Below, one piece after another: positions 13,315 through 27,066 of a stretch of 64,000 bases of DNA (the first letter of the stretch is position 1; each line of letters starts with the position of its first letter). The position numbers and the translations under genes were made by a program. The notes beneath the pieces were generated by a model, which saw only the letters and a list, made by a program, of their open reading frames with translations, was not told the DNA's origin and ran no database searches. The DNA lies in assembly GCA_028023455.1 (NCBI GenBank), contig JAQFVV010000006.1, positions 15,810,001 through 15,874,000 on the forward strand. Reading direction: 5' to 3'. This stretch comes from Epiperipatus broadwayi (Eukaryota > Animalia > Onychophora).

Positions 13315-13618
13315 TTCTATACAGTAGCGCCACGTAATGCAAGCTGTAGTAATAAATGAACGCCAAAAGGTTTGTGCATTGAAATTGCTATCTAGTGTCT
13401 ATTCATCCAGTTTCTAGCTTGTGGCCTTCATCAATGAAAATTCTTGGATTCGAGAGGACTTTACCTAAATTTTTAGTTCTAATACAATCCTTTTAGCATC
13501 CACTGATTAATATCAATTGCACTAGGTGGCTCTACTATGCGGAGAGAGTTGCTACTGCTTTAACAGATTGTGTAAGCATAAGAAATGGCAGTCGTATGAT
13601 GTTTTAGTGGTTTAAGAT
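13315..13618. mobile_element. Diverged family B fold-back copy
   Basis: acagtagcgccac...ctatctagtg...cttgtggccttcatcaatga, then the opposite-orientation tail ending gatgttttagtggttt. Confidence 0.65.
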
Positions 13619-13624
13619 ATCAAT

Positions 13625-14503
13625 TTGTTACTATGAAAGTGAATTTATTCTGGATGTAGAATTTATTTTTAATCAATTTTCATGCAAAACAAAATTCATC
13701 AATATTCAATATAATTTTCGTGCTTTTCAATATACTTACCCACTTGCCAATAAGTTATCATATTTCCACATTTAAGAATGTTTTAGGCTGAGATATGAGC
13801 CACAAATGTACAATTGTTTTCACTTCTTCATAAAGCCCAAATCTTTGTTCTCATAGTGTTGAATTTGTGACTCATTATCAGTAATGATTCTTTTTTAAAA
13901 AATTTCACCTTCCTTAAAATCTCTCCAAACTTCACTTATAGATGTCCAAGCACATCTGTTTATGCTCTTCTCCAAGTTGTTTTCATATCCATCTCACACA
14001 AACTTTTAAAAATCCAAATCTGTCATGGGTTATTGTGTAGGCAAAACTATGGCTGATTTGCAAATGATTTGTTACATAATCTACTGCTATTCATATATCC
14101 AACAGAATCAGTTCACATACATGCACAATGTAGTCATCAATCATAGGTGTGGAAAGGTGTCAACCTCCTTCATTGTTGACACTTGTGTTTCCTTCCTTGA
14201 ACTTTTCTATCCATTCATACATACTATTTATGATAAAACATGTTCTCCATACTATGCACATGCTAGACCCACTCTCAGACCTTGAAAACAATCAGTGCAT
14301 AGCTGCTCCTTTTCATGCAAGTCACAAATAGTGTGGCTATCGTTTCTCACACTACTATCGCATTTGAACTGAAGTCACATATTCAAACCTACTCAGCAGT
14401 GATTGGAAAGACAGAAATGCCATGTGGAATGTGCTGATAAGACAGTGCTGCCACCAGAATTGTAATACAATTGGAGTGTGAATAATTTTTGACTCGTCAT
14501 GTA
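13625..14503 (-). mobile_element. Internally deleted, decayed mariner transposon
   Basis: Minus-strand translations YEWIEKFKEGNTSV (HTH region), RIITDNESQIQHYE (DETW-like) and YWQVGKYIEKHENYIEY (C-terminus); TIR-like remnant near 14485-14503. Confidence 0.7.
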
Positions 14504-14859
14504 ATTATGATTTATAATCTAAATGATGGTCTTCATGGTTTAGTACAAAGATATAATGTCCAACTCTGGATGCTAAGAATTCATGGAGCATGCCTCTGGC
14601 TGTTTTTTTGGTATTTAAACCTTTTGTGAACTCTTGATTATTTGATATCAATTTCTTTCATTTTTAAATAGCAATGAGTAGGTAAGTAGCTGATTTTTTA
14701 AACTATACTTTATAAATCTAGTATATAAATAACTCGATGCTTAATCTCCAGGAAAGTTCCTCTTAAGCTTTAATCTAAGAACTTTTAATTAAAGTCTATC
14801 ACTCCACCAATGTTTAAAACTCTACAACTTTAATCATCCAATGAATTACAATCATATAA

Positions 14860-15612
14860 TTAGTTACCTGAAAGGTCATGTAATGTTTGAACTTTAAGAT
14901 AGAAAGATTAAACATTTATTGAGGGAGTCTCAATTATCACTGCGCTTAACTCTTCAAAGCATTAATTTAATAAATAATAATATGGTTAGATACTCAGGAG
15001 GTCATGTGACATTTGAATACTGAGAAACAAATGATGATTGAAAAATTAAGTTTTTATTTTGAAACCTTTAATTTGAATATTTCATTCTACCACTGTTCCA
15101 AACTTTGCAAACAATAATCCTGTAACGTATATAATCCTGTAACGTATATGGTTAATTACTTGGGAGTCATGTGCTGTTTGAATCCTAAGAGCAAAAGATT
15201 GTGCTTTTACTGAGAAAGGTTTAATTTACTTACATTATTCTATTACTGTTCACAACTCTACAAAACTCTACAAAGGGCTAGTTACTTAGGAGATCATGTG
15301 ACCTTTGAATATCAAGAGAGAGAGAGGGATGTTAAGTTTCTATTTTGAAACATTTAACTCAAATCTAGCATTCTACCACTATGCTGAACTCTACAAAGTA
15401 TTAATCTAATAAATAATAACCATAAAGTTAGTCACTCAAGAGGTCATGTGACATTCGAATACAAGAGAAAGACAGAGAGATCAGGTTTTGAACTAATAAC
15501 TTTTAATCCAAGATTATCACTATTCCATTGTGCTAAATTCTACAAAGGATTAATCTAATAAATAATAATCACATAATTAGTTGCTTGAGAATATATGTCA
15601 TTTGAATACTCA
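14860..15612. repeat. Degenerate tandem array, six units of ~125-165 bp with core ggtcatgtgacatttgaatac
   Basis: Cores near 14874, 15000, 15166, 15291, 15441, 15592; related solo cores near 15840 (-) and 51235. Confidence 0.65.
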
Positions 15613-18001
15613 AATTGCAAGCAGACCATAACACTGAGATATGTTTTACTTCATTTGGCTGAGAATCATTTCAGAAACTGTATTGAATCTGCTAATGTAC
15701 CATTCAGTGATCAACTAAATATTGTTCCCACATCTTCTTTTGATATACTATATGTTTGAATGAAAGCACAGTAATAAGATGATTAACTTGAAAACCAAGG
15801 ATTTCTAGATTGCGATTCACTGTGCACTTTTGATGCTCAAATGTCACATGATCCCCTAAGCAACTAATCATTTGATTATGTTTTTATCAATAGTTTTTAT
15901 CTGACTTGTTTTGTAAATGTTGCCTCTTTTTAAAAATTACTAATGATAAATAAATCTTATAAATCCCAGTGTACTTGTAGAATGGCAGACTCTGGAACTC
16001 AGGGCCATCGGTTCACTGCTCTAACTCTGCTCTTTCAATGCTCAAACTTCTTATTACAAGCAAGAAACAATTCAATTATTTATTTACTCTTCTTTTCTTT
16101 TACTATCTTTAACCACATCATTAACTCAACTCAGGATTTTTGTTTAACGGTGGCACTGGATGACTTTCATTTTTTCTTGGCTTTTCTGTGGTTAACAGTA
16201 GCATTATATTGAGCTTTTCATTCATTTTAATGGCAGAAACTGTATTGATTTATTAGTTTTAAAAAAGTCTAAAGAGTGCAGAAGATCTGAACACTACTTA
16301 TCAATTATTGATTGGTAGTGAGCAGTTGAGATTAATTTCGTACTCCCATTTTTCAATGATGGCTATAAACAATTGCTATGTCTTCTTCACATTGTTCTAA
16401 ACCTATATGTAATCTTATATTACCACAAATGGGTTTGTGTTACAGCAGTTACAATTTTAAAATTATTAGCTAAAAAATTCTGAAAATGTCAGCCTTATAC
16501 AGACCTTTTAGGCATTGATAACAGCCAGTTTGCATGTTAGTTCTATGAGGAGTGACCCCTAGATGGAAAAAGAAATGAAAAACTTCTGAATGGCACAATG
16601 TTTTAGCCTGAAGCCAAATAAAAAATTAATGATCAAAAGAAAAAAATTTGTAATTTTCAGTAATTTGTTTACAAATTAAAGGTTATTTATGTAATAATTT
16701 TTTTAAATACTTATTTTAAACCCAAAATTTACATCACTACAAGGAGATTTTTTTAAAAATGTTTATCTTTAAACACAATTCTTAAAAAGTTTATTATGGC
16801 AAAGTGGAAGCAGTTTCCATAGAAATGGGATCATGTGATGTTTTGTAGTTTCCATGGAGTAAATAAAAATGGCCTTTATCAAAATGGTAATGAAATTATT
16901 TTTTTAAAATTTTAATGACAAAAAATTAAATATTTATGTTTAATTTGTGTTATTTCCTTGGGGGTAGCTAACCCCTAAATTTATCTTGGTTTTTGTAACA
17001 TAGAAATTAAGCATCTAATTTCATCATTCTATTAACTTTTTCAGTAGATAAATTATGACCAATGATGCCAAGTACCATTGTTATAGGCAAATAAACTGTC
17101 AATTATAGATGAAAGACTCAACAGATCCCATTTGAAATAGGAAGATGGAGTTTGCAGATAAAAAGGTTAACATATAATAAAATAGAATTTTTTTATGATA
17201 AATTAATTGTGTACACCTGTCATAACAAAATATAGTTATCAGCTTTATGACTGACTGAATAATGCTTCTGGTTGCTTTTTTACATTTGTGCAGTGAAAGT
17301 ATTTAAGTCAATGAATTTGTAATTGATGTATTCATCATCATCATGAATTTGAAATAAGTGTGTGTCATCTGTCCTATTCATTGACAGTTGTCCGGATGCA
17401 CTGTTTATATAAGTAAGATGTATATTAGATTTTTCGCAATATTGAGCATGATTTGCTGTTTGATGAAGTATTGATAACTTTAGAAAGATATGTTAGCGTG
17501 AACTAGTAGATTAATCATATGCTACTTTCAGAATGGAAACTTGTTCTCATTTTTAACTCTATGTAATTTATAATAGTTTTAACAAAATTGTGTTACATTT
17601 CATGTAAAATGATATTTATCTCTTCTACATATTATTCCAGTTAAAAAGACTTTTTTCTCGAAGAATGTTTCAATCTACTTTTTGTCTTAATGATGTATAT
17701 AACAATATCATTCTAGTATTGGACAAACAATCTTTTCTGCAATGAACTCCCTGGATGTAAAAGTAAAATGTCTGATCTCTTGTTCATTTCTATTGGACAC
17801 TATGAACAATTCTATTGGACACAATGAACAAGCAATGTTTTTATTTTTGTTCCTTTTTAAGATAAAAACTATTCAAATCATTTATAGAACCCCCAGTGTC
17901 TAATAAAGTACTCAAAATCTTGCCTCTATCTTTTCAATGAATAATAGATCCAATATATTTTTCTCTTATATATATATATATATATATAATCTTTAGTCAG
18001 C

Positions 18002-18501
18002 NNNNNNNNNNNNNNNNNNNNNNNNNNNNNNNNNNNNNNNNNNNNNNNNNNNNNNNNNNNNNNNNNNNNNNNNNNNNNNNNNNNNNNNNNNNNNNNNNNN
18101 NNNNNNNNNNNNNNNNNNNNNNNNNNNNNNNNNNNNNNNNNNNNNNNNNNNNNNNNNNNNNNNNNNNNNNNNNNNNNNNNNNNNNNNNNNNNNNNNNNNN
18201 NNNNNNNNNNNNNNNNNNNNNNNNNNNNNNNNNNNNNNNNNNNNNNNNNNNNNNNNNNNNNNNNNNNNNNNNNNNNNNNNNNNNNNNNNNNNNNNNNNNN
18301 NNNNNNNNNNNNNNNNNNNNNNNNNNNNNNNNNNNNNNNNNNNNNNNNNNNNNNNNNNNNNNNNNNNNNNNNNNNNNNNNNNNNNNNNNNNNNNNNNNNN
18401 NNNNNNNNNNNNNNNNNNNNNNNNNNNNNNNNNNNNNNNNNNNNNNNNNNNNNNNNNNNNNNNNNNNNNNNNNNNNNNNNNNNNNNNNNNNNNNNNNNNN
18501 N
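18002..18501. other. Assembly gap (500 N) flanked by TA repeats
   Basis: Directly visible. Confidence 1.
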
Positions 18502-18739
18502 TATATATATATATAATGCTTGTAAATATATAAAGGGTATATAAATAAAAGATATGGATAAAATGTAAAGTGTATAATATATAGAGTGTATATAAATAAA
18601 ATATAAAGTGTATAATATAGATAAAAGGGTATATAAAAAGATCAAATCACTCAAAAAAAAAACTAACAATTTAGATGGGATCTGGGCATTGTTTACAGAG
18701 TAATTCCATGCCGGGTTTGAAACAACATCCCAACAGATC

Positions 18740-18830
18740 ATCATCATCATCATCAGTTGTCCATTCACCTTCCTCATCATTGGTTATCCATTCATCTTCC
18801 TAATCATTGGTTGTACATTCATCTTCCTCT
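18740..18830 (-). repeat. ~27-bp tandem repeat, acidic coding potential (EDEWTTND-like)
   Basis: ggaagatgaatg(t/g)a(c/t)aaccaatgat three times on the minus strand. Confidence 0.6.
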
Positions 18831-19189
18831 GCCCTCCTGAAAAAGGTTGTTCGGGGTGCATTGCCGGACTTCGTGCGAATTTGCTGCGTTCATACGGTAT
18901 CTCGTTCTTCAGTTAAAAGTCTTTGACTTCAAACTTCGTTTCCTGTTCTGTGGCAGATAATTCACTAGTATTCTCTAAATGAGTTTCTTTGCATAGGGTG
19001 TCTAGATGCTTTCTATTATTTATATCATTGACGTTTACCATTGCTTGCATAATTTTTACATTATTTTCCTTTTCAAAGATATTTTCTCTAGTAAGTGTTT
19101 TTCCCCATTCCTTGCTTTGGCTTTGTGTCACTTGGGATTTATTCTTTTCCAACCCAAATTTGTTCTTTATACAGAGAAAATATGCTATT

Positions 19190-19585
19190 TTTATAATCAA
19201 TCTGGCACTTATGTTCACTTAAAAAGTCGTTTCCTCTTACCAAGTCATATATCAAATTAGCCATAACTAAAAAGGTATGGCCAAGAGTTGTTTGACCCCA
19301 CACTAATTCCAGTCAAACTTGTTGCTTCTCTTTCTTCATCTTTTAGCCATCTGCCAGCAGTATTGCCATTTGTTTGATTGGCAGCGTCGATATATCAGAT
19401 AATTGTTTTTTCATGTCTGTCAGCCATTCTTTGGCTACGAAGGATATCTGGCTGCCTGTATCCACCAATGCACACATTTCCATACTACAAACACTAACAC
19501 ACACTATAGGGCATGGTTTGATTGGGTTTCCCAGTATGGTTTCATCTACATCAACTATCATGCATACAATAAGTTCTGTTTTCAC
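19190..19585 (-). pseudogene. Retroviral-type aspartic protease remnant
   Basis: PIVCVSV..CALVDTGSQISFV, and downstream LVRGNDFLSEHKCQIDY. Confidence 0.8.
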
Positions 19586-19629
19586 TGTGTCCCCTGCTTC
19601 ATCTCTGGGACTCCAGTAGGAGGAACTAA

Positions 19630-21212
19630 CTAATGGAGTCCCCTGTAGTTTAATGATGCTGGCTGCCTATATGGTTTCTTTGCTCTAGTCTGATCATGTG
19701 ACTCCCATATTGATGACCTAGGATATATTTGGCCGCTCATCATCATCGTTTGACATCTTGGCTCAATCTGATACATCTTTTCTGGTAGTTCTTTAGGTCC
19801 TGGAGTAAAATCAATGGTGGTTAGAAATACTTCCATATCTTCAATTGTTCGAATCCAGCACCCCATCATCAACTGTTGTACTCTAGAAGGCATATTTTGT
19901 TGGATAATTCTCATCATTTGGGTATCTGTGAATGGAAATGCTGTCAAAGATCTGAGAGATAATATCTGCCTTAAAAATTGTGTATGGGTTTCTTTCACTA
20001 CAGATCCATAAGTTTCTCTGAGTATCGAGTCGTATATACCCTCCTGGCATTCTTCACTCCAAAAAGTTTTATGCATGGCTGAACAATATTGGTCAAAGTT
20101 TTGTGGATTCTCTGTGCAGCAGTCCCACCATGACTATGCATATCCATGTAAATGATATATAGCAAGGGCTACTTGGTCAGCTGTTGTGATTTTTTGGAAC
20201 CGGAAGAGTTCTTGAAGACTTTCTAGGTGGGCTTTTGGGTTTTCTCCCACCTCTCTTTTGAAAGACTTAACTTTTATAGATTTTGCCAGGCCTGTGGATG
20301 TACTGTCTGATGATGCTATAGATCTGATTGTATCAGAGCTCCGTGCTTCTTGTATCAAATTTAATTCCTTCCTGTCTTTGATTATAGTATTTTCCTAATC
20401 GACTCTGGCTTCCCTGACTCTAAAGTTGTCTTTAACATTATCTACAGTCTGGCTAACAACTTGCACTACCTCCTGTCTATTAAGTTTGTTAGCTTAATCA
20501 TCACTAGCCAAGCTGCTTTCCTTATTTTCCTTTTTTTCTCTTTTATTTCTGCTACATCTCTTCTCAACACTTGTATATATGTTGTGATAATGTTTTCTTC
20601 TCTGGCCACCATTTGATTTTTTTGCATTAAATTTTTTTTGATTTCACACATTTCTTTTCTAATTTCCTTTTGAGCTTCTTCATACTCTTGAAATTTGCTG
20701 CCTAATTCTACCCCAACTTTATAAACCTTCTATCAAACTTTTTCCTGAGACTCTACCTTCTCTACTATGGCCTTAACTTCTGCTTTAATGATAAACCTAT
20801 CTTTATTATTTTCCACTTGACTTCACTATAACATTTCATTGAATTTTTCCTTAACTTCTTCATATTTATGCTGGCAGCTAATTGATAGTCCCTGTAAATC
20901 TTGGCTCAACTTTTTTTCCAAGCGCATATCTCTTTCTGTCATCTCTTGCCTAAATTGTTTGGCTGGAGCCTCAAATCTTTGTTCAGATTTCTGATCTCGT
21001 TCCTCCATTTTCTGATCCATTTTCTGATCCCTTTTTTTCACATCCTGTCTGTATCTTTCATCCCTTTCTTTCACATCCTGTCTGTATCTTTCATCCTTTT
21101 CTTTTGCATCCTGTCTTAACTGTCTCAGCAACCAATTCAAATCATGGCCTTCCTGCTTAACCTCCTCTATCGGTATCTGTTACGCTATTTCTGTAACTAA
21201 ATTCTCTGACAT
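19630..21212 (-). pseudogene. gag: Ty3/Gypsy gag remnant (coiled-coil N-terminus, capsid-like domain)
   Basis: ATG at 21212 with early stop; QDVKERDERYR repeats; FKREVGENPKAHLESLQELF; TQFLRQILSL..IIQQNMP; stops and frameshifts. Confidence 0.75.
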
Positions 21213-21764
21213 AGCAAGAGTTTTCTGTTATCCTGTATAACCCTTTCAAAATTATTATTATTACACCCAATAAATATTTGTTTGTTTTTATTTGACTTTA
21301 TTACACTTTTAATATGGCTGTTTGCTGCTCTCCCCTTTCAAAAACGACTCGTTCACTTCCATCCCAGCTCTATGCCTAACTCACTAATATATCTATAAGC
21401 TTACACCTTCATCTTGAGGCCTGCCTAACATATAATGAATTTAAAAAAATGTTGGCTCCCACTTTTTATTTTATTTATTTAATAAAGTATATGGAACTTT
21501 TTTATTTTAAAAAAAATCCCTTTTTTTTAAAGCTTTAATAAAGTATATGAAAATTTTTAAAAAAATCTTTTTTTTTCATCTATATATCTAAAGTATAACA
21601 CATATTTTAATATTAAAAATGACTTAATAAAAAGTTATCTCACCCCCGGTCTCTTCTTCCAGCTGTTTTTTTTTTATATATATACTTAAATAGTTCATGC
21701 TTATGACCTTCCATTTATCCTTCTGCACAAATTTCAAACCTTTTAACTTTTTGGTTAATTTGAT

Positions 21765-21883
<119 letters not shown>

Positions 21884-23214
21884 CTTACTCATTCTAAACC
21901 ACTCCAATTCATAAAAACACTTTGATAAAACAATGAGACCCACCTTTTTCTTTTAATCTAAATATCTTTTCTCTGCTCTCTAATGACAAATTTATAAGAG
22001 GATGACTTGTAACTTGATCAATCATCCTCGGGCACCAGTCACTAGTGAACAGGAAATACACAAAAATAAATTTAATAATTTTTTTTTCTATATACACACA
22101 AAAGTCCATAACTCAGGATATATAGGTGTTTCTATCGAAACCTCATGATGGGCATCCAAATGCGGAAAAAAAACCCTATGTGCCGGTCAAAACATGTTTA
22201 TCCATCTAACACGAGCTGGAAATCACAAAATGTACTTCAAACCCAGTCAGGCCCAAGTCTTAGGTCAGGGACCAGGCTGAATTCGAACCCACTCCCTAAG
22301 CCCCAGATCAAGCACCTAATGCATAACATAATAGTGATGGCACACAAAAATTAATTCTTAATCTGGCCCGCTAGCAAATCGGAGAAAACAATAAGACTCA
22401 TGGACTTAAACATATATATAAACAACTTAAATACGAGAGACATTCCAAAGATCAAATCTATAATATTTAATTAATAGGGGCTTTACTAATGAAAAGTTAT
22501 GGTCAATTAGTGAATTGGATTGATTTAATAATGAGACAGAAACTGATATATGATGAATTAAAAGTATGTTTATTGACAATATATTTTGATATAACATTAT
22601 TGTTGGCAAATGCACGCAGGTATTTTATTTATAAAGTAACATTTCACTAGGCCATTTGAACAATAATTAATACATTGGCAAATAGGTTTGTTGCTCTTAT
22701 TTAATGGAGCCAATTATCATGCTATACAATTAATCACTACATTCACTTATTAGTTATGTCTTTTTATAATCAGTTTGAGTGGCTATTATGCATGAAATCA
22801 AACCAAGTCTGGAGTGAAGCTTAATAATACATCTGATTATATTAGATTTATATATTAAATATGGGCTTATAAAGCATCCTAGATAGCTTTACATCGATTG
22901 GGTTTTCAAAAATGCTTCGATTCAATGCCGAAGAATGCATATTAGGGAGGAAGAGTTGGCTATAATAATTTTACTAATATGCTAGGCACAAGTAAAATAT
23001 AATAATAAACTTGCTCTGTGGATGGAAGAATAGTTTTTAGGGTTTTTGTGACCAACACCAGTTTACCCAATAACTGGTCATCGTGCTGCTAGAAAAGAAC
23101 ATTTATTTGGTTCATAAGAAACGGGACTTTTGTGCTAATCTGACGCTCAGCTCAGTCTTAGCTACAGCACTACCCATAAAATAGGAAGATGGGCTGGACT
23201 TACCATGGCTCCAT

Positions 23215-23216
<2 letters not shown>

Positions 23217-23295
<79 letters not shown>
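23217..23295. repeat. (TA)n microsatellite
   Basis: Directly visible. Confidence 0.95.
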
Positions 23296-23299
<4 letters not shown>

Positions 23300-24773
23300 C
23301 AATAGGAATTGTCTGTCCACATAACATGACCTAGCATCTAGGCAAAAGTACCTCAAGTCCAATCATGTGTGAGATACATATGTCAGGAACAATCATGAAC
23401 TCTGCCCTGTATGCCCAGATCCCAGATCTACTAGCTTATGAGCAACAAATCCGATGATACTAGAGTACTTAATTTACCACTGGCTGACATCGCACATCGG
23501 AGAAGCAAAGACACTCAGGGGAAAATCAAGACAAATGTGTATATACATTTTAAAACAGACAAACACTTATGTTTAACTTTAGTGGGATCATAAATAATTC
23601 CACAAATCATGACATTTAAAATTAAACTAAATCAATTAACTAAAGAATAAGCAATTATCAGATGTTTAGTTTTAAATTTATATTTAATAAGGAACAAATA
23701 GAAATAAAAATATATACATGTGAATTATATTAAATGGGGATTAGCCTCATATTACAAATAAATTATATTGTTCTTACTTGCCCTTGAGCAAAAATATTTA
23801 CAAATAAGTTTGGAGAATTTTGATGCAGCGTAATGACATTTCAATTAATCTAGCGCATTTATAAAGTATACAATTTATAATAAGTTGCCCGAATTACAAA
23901 CGAAAACACCACCTTGACTGATCCCAGAATGGGTTACATAATTGTCTGTTAATTAACTGACCAAGCTATCATAAGTTTAATATATATAAGAAAATATAAT
24001 TTTTTTAATAAAGATTTATTTACTGGACATCTGTGGAATTATTTCTCTAAATTATATATATATAGTCATTAAGCGACACATCAGAAGTTATTTAATTTAT
24101 GAGATACATTTAATTAGAACATAACATTAGATACAGATATTTATAGGCTTGAGCTTTTTGAAAAGAGGGATCTAATATAAAGTGACATGGTTTTATCATA
24201 ATGGCCGATATTTGCGGATCCAATACTTTGAGGTGCTTTATCAGATTAACAGAAGAAACAGTCTAGCCGATTTGCCACCCCACATTTTGTGGAATCAGTT
24301 GACAAAGGGATTGCCATGGGCTGAACTTTGCCGGAATTTTCCCATGCATTGCTATGTGAGCATATATATGGTCCAGGGACATTCATCGCCCTGTTTATGA
24401 CCTGAAATGAAGATGAGACGACTCGAGGATTCCGATGCACATCTCTAGATCAAGCTTAATAACATGAGAGTGGTCTATGCCAACAATGCTTTGGGACGGA
24501 CTAATAACTAGTCAAATATCTATAATTCAGCTTACAATCTATAATAATAACATCAAAGATAATGGTATGATCGTATTTATTAAACATAGATTAAAGATAT
24601 TATTAGAAAAGTATATTTAATATCAGCAAAAAGTCTAAATCCTCTCCCCCCTTTTTATTACACTTATTTAAAAAAATTTCACTTATGACTAACATAGTAT
24701 ACAATTAAGTCTATGGTGTGCTTTAAGAAAATTATTTATATGTTTGGATGGGTGAGAATAAAGACATATAAAG

Positions 24774-24886
<113 letters not shown>

Positions 24887-26884
24887 TGTATTAATATTGC
24901 ACTCTTACAGAGATTATTAACATTGTATAAATCGTAAACTAATCAAAGGTGAAACTTTATTTGTCCCTCTGTTGTTTACGCAAAAAGTATAATAATAATT
25001 AATATAAAATTATATAAAAGTATAAAAATTAGTAAAACATTTTTTTAAAATAATCTTCTCCCAACCTAGCAAGCGTTAAAGTTTTAAAAGTAAAAACAAG
25101 CTAATTAATTAAATGTCACTCATATCTAATGCGAGGAGCTAAGGTAAAAATAACTATACTGTTGAGGGTGGGAGTTCATTGAAATATCATTTAGCATTTA
25201 AAATATATAAATTAGACAAAATATTAATAAAATAATTGCCACATTAAATTAAAAATGAAAGAAATTACAAGGCTAATCAAAATAGTTATAGAATAAAATA
25301 GACTATGAAAGTTACAAATAATTAATATTAAATTTTTATATTTTAAGAGTTAATCAGGAGAAAGTTTTGAATTCATAAATGCGGCACTTTACAGTCTTAC
25401 CTTCAAAAAACAGGTAGCAGATCACCAAGTTGGTTCTCACAGTATAGCAGCAGGTTCATGGAGGTTCATTTTTAGTGGCAGGCTAGCTGAAGTTGAGTTG
25501 GTCTAGTCATGGAAAGAAGTGCTTTTTGAGAATTTGAGCAACGTAGATTCGTTCGGCGGATGTCTTACGAATCTACATACTCTCCTCTGATGATTGAATT
25601 TTGGGTCCTATTTATATGACTCCGGTTTATCTAAGGATTGATATCAAGTTGTAATACCTGCGGCTATAAAATAATATTGGAAGACAGCTTTTTGTAGTAA
25701 GGAATTTCTCCTTTGTTAATCAGATAGTATAAAACAATGCAAAGGGATTAGTATTTTTGAAACAATTGTTCTAAATCTATTTCTGACTCAGAAATAGATT
25801 TTACCAAATGATAAGTTTTGTTATTGAAATTTATTTAATATTCTAATAGAGATTACAATTTAATCATGGTAATTGATTTTGGTTTACCAAGCCAATTGCA
25901 TTATTCCACCCACCATTACATACATACGTAGTTTTAGTATATAAAATTTTAAATATACATTTTCATATAACATATACAAACCTATATATTAATTTATACT
26001 TAATCCCCGATCACTTTTAATATATACATGTGATTTACACACATATACGACCTCTTAAAATTATATGAAATATTATTATTGATTTATTTAATTTAAGATT
26101 ATTAAATCTCTTGTTAACGTTTATTTTGAATACAAAATTTAAAAAAATTGAAACAAATAGGTGCATATATATACGCATGACTGGGATTTGAATCCAGTTT
26201 GTTGGTGAGGGATAGAATAGGACTGTGAAACGTAATTTGAACCTCAGATTCCGTTTTAATATGTATATATAAAACAGCACAACGAGAAAATATTAATAAA
26301 TTCCACATCCGCCAAACTGAAGTATATTATAAATTAATACTATACATCAAATGAACACTAGTTTATCAGCTTGATCAAAAGAGCCAACTCTTCTGTAGCA
26401 TGAAAAATACGATATGCTACTGACGGGAATATATATAGACAAACTTTCCTTTATCTCATTCAATCTCTTTAGTTATCTTTAACTAATAAATGTTTAAAAG
26501 GAGAAAGCACATTTAAGGGACTTACGAATACTTTAATAAGAAAAATATACTTATGATTACACTCCAGGCTAGTTTAATCTTTAGTAACATAATAATTCAA
26601 TATTGAAAATTTGGATTATATGCCACATTTTATATTTATATTAATTAATTTACTAAATGACAAAATAATATTGAGCACAAAGGGTCACCATTATTTATAA
26701 ATTTGGGTTTCGAAACAGCGCACTAAATGATGCTATAATAAATAATACGATGATTTTAAATTATATTTTTAAAACATATTCTATAATTAAATGCATGCTG
26801 TTTCGAAACATAGGCATAATTAATAATTATTAAAATAATCAAAGGAAAAGTAAATATACTGCAGTGATTAAATTATATAGCAAA

Positions 26885-27066
26885 AATATTGAATTAATAA
26901 AGAAAAATTTGCAAAAGTATTACATTTTAATAAATTCAAATACTATTTTAGAAAACAATTTAGAAAGAGTTTACAATATTGAATTAATAAAGAAATTAGC
27001 AAAAGTATTTGATTTTATAGAATTTAAATATTATTTAGAAAACAATTTAGAAAGAGTTTACAATAA
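26885..27066. repeat. ~90-bp tandem duplication
   Basis: aatattgaattaataaagaaa...tttagaaaacaatttagaaagagtttacaata twice. Confidence 0.85.

Noticed and set aside
15950-17870. Weak similarity with 39500-40330, possibly old LINE ORF1 remnants
   Set aside because: Only short shared words and no translatable diagnostic motif.
17926-18780. 284-aa ORF, the longest in the track
   Set aside because: Artefact of translating through the 500-N gap and TA repeats.
21440-21462. tgggagccaac on the minus strand as a PBS for the Gypsy remnant
   Set aside because: Imperfect match, no preceding CA LTR end and no second LTR.
25543-25582. gtagattcgt/acgaatctac hairpin (also 11651-11677 and 55568-55582)
   Set aside because: Isolated small stems with no CTAG Helitron end or family context.
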